Shown one piece after another: positions 58,687 through 64,000 of a stretch of 64,000 bases of DNA (position 1 is the stretch's first letter; each line of letters starts with the position of its first letter). The position numbers and the translations under genes are program-made. The DNA is taken from positions 74,823 to 138,822 of the forward strand of contig CAYPBP010000001.1 in assembly GCA_964408995.1 (NCBI GenBank). Reading direction: 5' to 3'. The notes under the pieces are model-generated. The model had not been told where the DNA came from. It made no database searches and was given only the letters and a program-made list of their open reading frames with translations. Source of the stretch: an uncultured Gammaproteobacteria bacterium. GTDB lineage: Bacteria; Patescibacteriota; Microgenomatia; UBA12405.

Positions 58687-58713
58687 ATATAAACATTATA
58701 GATTAAAAACACT

Positions 58714-59361
58714 ATGTCAATCTACGGCCTAATTATCGGCATTTGTTTCGTAATTGGAATCACTTTTTTTCAAAAAAACAATAAAATTGTTCCCAAAGAT
58801 AAAGAAAATATTTTTATTTTTTTGTTTTTAATTTTTGCCATTATTGGCGCTCGACTTTATTCTATTATTAACTATTGGAATTATTTTTCTCTAAATCCAA
58901 TTCAAATCTTGAATCTTCGCGGTGGGGGATTAGGCATCATCGGTGGTCTTTTTTTTGGTCTAATTTTTACTTTTATTTTTTCAAAAATTAATAAACTATC
59001 TTTTTTAAAAATTACCAATACAATTGTTCCTATAATTCCTTTATGTCAAAGCCTTGGCCGATTTGGAAATTTTTTTAATAAAGAAATATATGGCATTAAC
59101 AATCAACCTGTTTGGCTCTATGAATCAATTTTAATGTTTATCTTATTTTTAATTTTCAAGAAAATTAAAATCCATCAAAGCGCTTTCTTTTTAATTTATT
59201 ATGGAATTGTTAGATTTTTATTAGAATTTATCCGTTTAGATACAATTCCTATCCACTTTTTAAGCCTAGGACAAATTTTAAGTCTTTCTTTTATCTTAAT
59301 AGGCTTTATAATCATCAAATATGAAAGTTCTCGTAATAAACCCAGGGTCAACCACCACTAA
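58714..59361 (+). CDS. lgt: Prolipoprotein diacylglyceryl transferase
   Basis: YGL, IGARL, GGL..GG, GRFGNFFN.E.YG, P..LYE, RFLLEFIR motifs. Confidence 0.9.
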   Translation: MSIYGLIIGICFVIGITFFQKNNKIVPKDKENIFIFLFLIFAIIGARLYSIINYWNYFSLNPIQILNLRGGGLGIIGGLFFGLIFTFIFSKINKLSFLKITNTIVPIIPLCQSLGRFGNFFNKEIYGINNQPVWLYESILMFILFLIFKKIKIHQSAFFLIYYGIVRFLLEFIRLDTIPIHFLSLGQILSLSFILIGFIIIKYESSRNKPRVNHH

Positions 59362-60403
59362 AATCGCTATTTTTGAAGATCAAGATCTTGTTTTTGAACA
59401 AAAAATTGATCATGCTCAAGATGCTGATTTTCAACAAAAATTTAGCCGTCCAGGTAACGTTTTGGACCAATTTGAACATCGTTCAAAAGATATTGAATTT
59501 GTTTTAAAAGACAATCAAATCACTCAACTAGACGCCGTTGTTGGTCGAGGCGGCATGATACCTCCTGTTGTTTCTGGAACTTATCAAATCAATGACAAAA
59601 TGATTGATGATCTTGAAAACCGACCAATGGCCAACCATGCTTCCAATCTTGGTGCCCCGCTAGCCAAACAAATTGCCAAAGATTATAAAATTGAATATAA
59701 AGCTTTTATTGTTGACCCAGTTACCACCGACGAAATGGAACCAAAACATAAACTTACTGGCATTCCAGAAATCAAGCGATATGCTGGTTGGCATGCTCTT
59801 AACCAAAAAGCAGTTTGCAGAGAATATGCTGGATTAATAGGTAAAAAATACGAAGATTTAAACTTAATTGTGGCTCATTTTGGTGGAGGATCTTCTTTTG
59901 GTGCTCACAAAAAAGGTAAAACAGTCAATGTTATTAATGCTCTTTCAGGAGAAGGTCCATTTACCCCAGAAAGATCTGGAACAATCCCAGCTCAAGATTT
60001 AATTGAACTCTGTTTTTCCAAAAAATATTCAAAAGAAGAACTTTTACATAAAGTTTTAGGCGGTGGAGGAATTTTTGCTCATCTAAATACGAAAAACTTA
60101 AAACAATTAGAAATTGACTATCCTAGTTTAAATAAAGACAAAAAAGATGTTGTTGATGCCATGCTTTCTGGTTTTTCCAAATATATCTGCTCTGCTGTTT
60201 CCGATTTCGAAGGTGAAATAATCGATCAAATCATAATAACTGGTGGAGTTGCTCGTTGGCCTCTGGTAATTGAAACTGTTAAAAGAGATTGTCAAAACCT
60301 AAACATTGGCATTACTGTTATCCCTGGTGAAAAAGAATTAGAAGCTTTAAGAGATGGTGTTCTTAGAGTTTTAAATGGTCAAGAGAAAGTCAAAGAATAT
60401 TAA
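59321..60403 (+). CDS. buk: Butyrate (branched-chain carboxylate) kinase
   Basis: INPGSTTTK, VGRGG, HASNLG, VDPV..DE, HALNQKA, GPFTPERSG, PGE.E motifs. Confidence 0.9.
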   Translation: MKVLVINPGSTTTKIAIFEDQDLVFEQKIDHAQDADFQQKFSRPGNVLDQFEHRSKDIEFVLKDNQITQLDAVVGRGGMIPPVVSGTYQINDKMIDDLENRPMANHASNLGAPLAKQIAKDYKIEYKAFIVDPVTTDEMEPKHKLTGIPEIKRYAGWHALNQKAVCREYAGLIGKKYEDLNLIVAHFGGGSSFGAHKKGKTVNVINALSGEGPFTPERSGTIPAQDLIELCFSKKYSKEELLHKVLGGGGIFAHLNTKNLKQLEIDYPSLNKDKKDVVDAMLSGFSKYICSAVSDFEGEIIDQIIITGGVARWPLVIETVKRDCQNLNIGITVIPGEKELEALRDGVLRVLNGQEKVKEY

Positions 60404-60407
60404 AATT

Positions 60408-62453
60408 CTATTCGTATCTCAAAGCATTAAGGGCTGATATTTTAGTAGCTCTTTTAGCTGGAAAATAACCAGTCAACATACCCACAAATATAGACAATAA
60501 TAAAACTGTAAACACTAAAGTTGGTGGAATATAAGAAACATTAACCATTCCCACCCCTTTAACTACCGAAAAAACACTTAACAATAGACTAACTATCTGA
60601 CCCATAACAGCACCTGCAATAAGACCAAGTATCCCTCCAAAAAATCCCATAATCATCGATTCAGTCAAAAATAATTCCTTAACTTCACTCGATTTCATTC
60701 CCATTGCTTTCATTAAACCAACTTCTCTAGTTCTTTCCAATAAAGACACTGTTAAAGTATTAAACATTCCCAATGCTGCCACAGCCAAAGCCACTGTTCC
60801 CAAAATTGCTAAAACTAATCTAAGACTCACAAACAGTTTATCAATTTGAGCCACTGTATCCGCCACTGACACTGTGGCATAACCATTAGCACCTAAAGTA
60901 GCTCTCACCTTAGCTAAGTTAACTGGATCATTTACCACTAATTTAATTTGAGAAAAACGATTTACACCCAAAGATCTTATATCAATAAAAGGAACATAAA
61001 TTACTGGAGTGCCCTCATCTGGATTAACTCCAATTATTGTATATTCCACCAAAGCTGATTGTAGTTTTTCATTTTGATCTTCCATTAATTCACCTAAAAC
61101 CACAAAAGAGAGAGATATCTTTTTACCAACAGCTTCAGACTCAGATAAATTCAAAACTTTAAGTACAGCTCTATTAACCAAAGCTACTTTTTTAGCTTGG
61201 CTTGATATCTCTACTAATTTATTTTCACTTTCAACCTGTACGGCTGATTCACTAGCAATCTCAACCACTGGCAATGAACCAGTCATGCTTTCAGTTGTAA
61301 TACCCAAAACACTCCCACTATCAGTATTTGCAACAACTTTCATTGAAATCTCAGCCATATATCCTTCTATTTGTTTTTGACCACCAGTATCATCCATTAT
61401 TGGCACGTAATTTCCATCTTCACAAGCTGAATTTATATTTTGGTCACATATTTCTTTTTGCCAAATTGGAACTTTAGTTTTAATCCATTTACTTAATTTA
61501 TTTCCATTGTCATCTACTAAGTTGGTATTTAAATCATCAGACTCTGGATAATAATTACCAACAAACTCCACTCCCAATTGTTTTCCTTCAACTTTTCGAG
61601 TATATCCAATTAATTTAGATTTAGAAGAACTGTCTTCTCGTACTTTAACCCAAGTCGATGGTTCAATTTGATATTCCACCTTACCTAGCTCATCTCCACT
61701 ACTAACCGTTTTGTTTTCTGTCATTACACCAGCCACCTGTCCAGCTTCTTGAGAAGAAACTAAAACTGAAATGTTATTGGCATCATTAAAAATTTTCCCC
61801 TTAACTGGTTGAATAGCCGAATTCTTTAAATAATCAGTTGTTACTCCATAAACAGCCATATCTGAAACTGATTGGTTATAAGAAACTTTGCCCACTACTG
61901 CAATTACTGGTGTTAATGCTTTAACATTAGGAATCTTAGAAAATTTAGACATTGTTTCTTCGGTTAAAGCCAAATCATCTCTTAAACCAGGTAAAGCATC
62001 TGCTTGTTTTAACTCATCCAATCTAGCAACTCTTGAAACCACTAATTTCTGTAACCCATAACCAATTGAAACTAGAAACACAATAAAAGCAATTCCAATA
62101 GCCATACCTCCCATGGTCACAATGGTTCTTGTTTTTTTTAATTTCATGTTTTGTATTGACAACTCAACCAAATAAGAACGATTAAAACTAGAGCATTTTT
62201 CTGGATCAATAACATTCATTATTTTCGTATTTACTTGATCAACTCTCAAAAGCCACTTTCGGCCAAAATTTTTTGGTATAAAGTGAAAGTTCAATATCCT
62301 ATTTATTATTTTATTAAAAACATACAAAAGCACTACTGCCATAAAAACAAAAATCGAAGCAATTTTTTTGAAAAGCGAATCAACTTTAGGTGACAAACAA
62401 TCTTTTACTTTATTTAGTTTGGAATAATTAATTTTATAAAAATCTTTTTTCAT
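60408..62453 (-). CDS. MacB/FtsX-type ABC transporter permease with large extracytoplasmic insertion
   Basis: RTIVTMGG..IGI, LERTREVGLMKAMG, GYFPAKRA...ALRYE motifs. Confidence 0.9.
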   Translation of the reverse strand: MKKDFYKINYSKLNKVKDCLSPKVDSLFKKIASIFVFMAVVLLYVFNKIINRILNFHFIPKNFGRKWLLRVDQVNTKIMNVIDPEKCSSFNRSYLVELSIQNMKLKKTRTIVTMGGMAIGIAFIVFLVSIGYGLQKLVVSRVARLDELKQADALPGLRDDLALTEETMSKFSKIPNVKALTPVIAVVGKVSYNQSVSDMAVYGVTTDYLKNSAIQPVKGKIFNDANNISVLVSSQEAGQVAGVMTENKTVSSGDELGKVEYQIEPSTWVKVREDSSSKSKLIGYTRKVEGKQLGVEFVGNYYPESDDLNTNLVDDNGNKLSKWIKTKVPIWQKEICDQNINSACEDGNYVPIMDDTGGQKQIEGYMAEISMKVVANTDSGSVLGITTESMTGSLPVVEIASESAVQVESENKLVEISSQAKKVALVNRAVLKVLNLSESEAVGKKISLSFVVLGELMEDQNEKLQSALVEYTIIGVNPDEGTPVIYVPFIDIRSLGVNRFSQIKLVVNDPVNLAKVRATLGANGYATVSVADTVAQIDKLFVSLRLVLAILGTVALAVAALGMFNTLTVSLLERTREVGLMKAMGMKSSEVKELFLTESMIMGFFGGILGLIAGAVMGQIVSLLLSVFSVVKGVGMVNVSYIPPTLVFTVLLLSIFVGMLTGYFPAKRATKISALNALRYE

Positions 62454-62457
62454 TATT

Positions 62458-63216
62458 TTATTTGTCTAATTTAACTCTTTTTAATCCTGAGGTTTTACTT
62501 TTAACAAACTCTACTGGATCTGTTATTTCTTTTATAATCCTACCATTAAACATTTCTATTGCTCGATTAGCAAAAGTCAAATATTCCAAATCATGAGTAA
62601 CCATAATAATTGTTTTACCTTCTTTATTAAGGTTTTGTAATAATTTCATTAATTCTTGCCCTGACTCAAAATCTAAGTTTCCAGTTGGTTCATCAGCAAT
62701 TAGAATATCCGGATTAGTAACCATAGCCCTTGCTAAAGAGACTTTTTGTTGTTGACCAGAAGATAATTCTCCTGGAGCATAATTAGCCCATTGTTCCATT
62801 CCTACCATTCTTAAAATATCATTTGCTTTTTCTATGACATCTTTTTTTGGACAACCATTTAAACGCAAAGCAAAAACAATATTATTACGAACCGATAAAG
62901 CTTTAATCCAATTAGGCTGTTGATACACCATTCCAATATGACCTTTCCTAAATTCGGTTCGCATATCCTCATCCATTTTGTCGTAAATCATCTCACCTAA
63001 AAAATTTACACTTCCACTAGTTGGTCCTTCCAATCCTAAAAGAATATGTAGCAAAGTTGATTTACCACATCCAGATGGTCCAAAAAGAACCAAAAAATCA
63101 CCTTTATAAACAGACATAGAAATATCAAACAATACTTTAATTTCTTGTTCTGTTTTATAAAAAGTTTTAAAAACTTTTTCTACTTTTATAATAGTTTCTT
63201 TATTTTGTTTTTTCAT
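62458..63216 (-). CDS. ABC transporter ATP-binding protein (LolD/MacB-type)
   Basis: GPSGCGKST, LSSGQQQ, ADEPTGNLD, VTH motifs. Confidence 0.93.
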   Translation of the reverse strand: MKKQNKETIIKVEKVFKTFYKTEQEIKVLFDISMSVYKGDFLVLFGPSGCGKSTLLHILLGLEGPTSGSVNFLGEMIYDKMDEDMRTEFRKGHIGMVYQQPNWIKALSVRNNIVFALRLNGCPKKDVIEKANDILRMVGMEQWANYAPGELSSGQQQKVSLARAMVTNPDILIADEPTGNLDFESGQELMKLLQNLNKEGKTIIMVTHDLEYLTFANRAIEMFNGRIIKEITDPVEFVKSKTSGLKRVKLDK

Positions 63217-63221
63217 ATAAT

Positions 63222-64000
63222 TTATTTACTAATCAAACTAAAGAAACTAAATGCTTCTGATAAATTCTTAACCACTAAATCCAAAGCTGATTTAGTTGCC
63301 TTAGAAGCAATAATCACATTATCAATACCCTTGGTTTCATTCCCAGCTTTATCTTTTGAAATTACTCTTAAATGATAAACCTGGCTAGGAGTTAAGTTGG
63401 AAATAATAACTGTGTGATTGTTGGTCAAATTTCCATCTTCTTGAGTTTTTTGAGAATAGCTTGTTCCAGCTCCTTGGCCAAATTCTACTTGTGAAGTTGC
63501 TGGCTCGTCAGTATCCCAACTTACAATTATTTGAGAAGTAATTTCTCCAGCCACAAATCCCACTGGTGGAATAGTTCCCGTTATTAATTTCAAATTCATT
63601 ATTTGTGGTGGTCTAGTATCAGTAGCTGTAGTAAATCTTTGAGCATCAGACACAGCTTCATTACCCAATTTATCCCTACCTTTAACCGTCAAAATATAAT
63701 TAGTTTCTGGTAACAAACCTCGAACAACCATGGTGTGTACTCCTTTTTCTAAAACCACTCTTACATCATCTTTAATTGCTCCTCTATCATTTTCTGGATA
63801 ATAGGTAACTATTGAAGAAACTTCAGTATTAGTTGTCCAAGAAACTCTAACTGTAGTTTGAGCCGTATTTGCCACTTGTTCTAATCTAACCCCTGAAATT
63901 TTAGGGCGAGGGAGAGTAGAAAAGTCCAAAGTTGTTCCCTCATATTCACTGCCATCACTATCCAAAGTATTAATTTTATAATAATATTTAGTTCCATCTA
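63222..64000 (-). CDS. Fibronectin type III repeat surface protein, C-terminal part (runs off the window)
   Basis: VSWTT...H..V.GL.P.T.Y and VSWDTDEPATSQV...L.P...YH repeats. Confidence 0.8.
   Translation of the reverse strand, partial: DGTKYYYKINTLDSDGSEYEGTTLDFSTLPRPKISGVRLEQVANTAQTTVRVSWTTNTEVSSIVTYYPENDRGAIKDDVRVVLEKGVHTMVVRGLLPETNYILTVKGRDKLGNEAVSDAQRFTTATDTRPPQIMNLKLITGTIPPVGFVAGEITSQIIVSWDTDEPATSQVEFGQGAGTSYSQKTQEDGNLTNNHTVIISNLTPSQVYHLRVISKDKAGNETKGIDNVIIASKATKSALDLVVKNLSEAFSFFSLISK

Noticed and set aside
1-64000. Recoded genetic code (TGA=Gly, code 25)
   Set aside because: Conserved genes are full length under the standard code and TGA serves as a stop (e.g. 6598-6600, purT)

Overview
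AT-rich bacterial chromosome segment using the standard genetic code. Gene content and order (DUF4012 protein, alpha2-type GlyRS, reduced dcw cluster, LemA-HtpX, Pro/Thr-linker surface proteins) suggest a Patescibacteria/CPR, Microgenomates-like organism; this is an inference. Contents in order: a surface-glycan locus (0-11.4 kb), recO, a partial de novo purine block (purM vs purL-purQ-purT), glyQS, a dcw cluster (rsmH to ftsZ), a Phd/YefM-RelE toxin-antitoxin pair, rodA, rplU-rpmA, parB, lepB, five tRNAs, a second glycosyltransferase locus, ndk, lemA-htpX, dnaE, rplS, lgt, buk and a MacB-type ABC system. Four observations stand out. (1) The dcw cluster lacks murD/murF/ddl but contains an unannotated 52-aa LysW-like Zn-ribbon protein ending in EEK, a PLP enzyme, an ATP-grasp ligase, an ATE/Bpt-like transferase and a MurE without the DAP motif; together these are a candidate non-canonical cell-wall amino-acid/peptide pathway. 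(2) Tiny GC-rich palindromic elements (TCCGCC-N3/4-GGCGGA and CCTGCCCGCA...TGCGGGCAGG) sit in frame inside proteins and interrupt a duplicated tRNA-Lys half. (3) Dispersed heptamer tandem repeats recur. (4) Core genes look leaderless, whereas orphan genes have Shine-Dalgarno sites and structured, boxA-like leaders. All product calls come from motifs recognised by eye; no database search was run.
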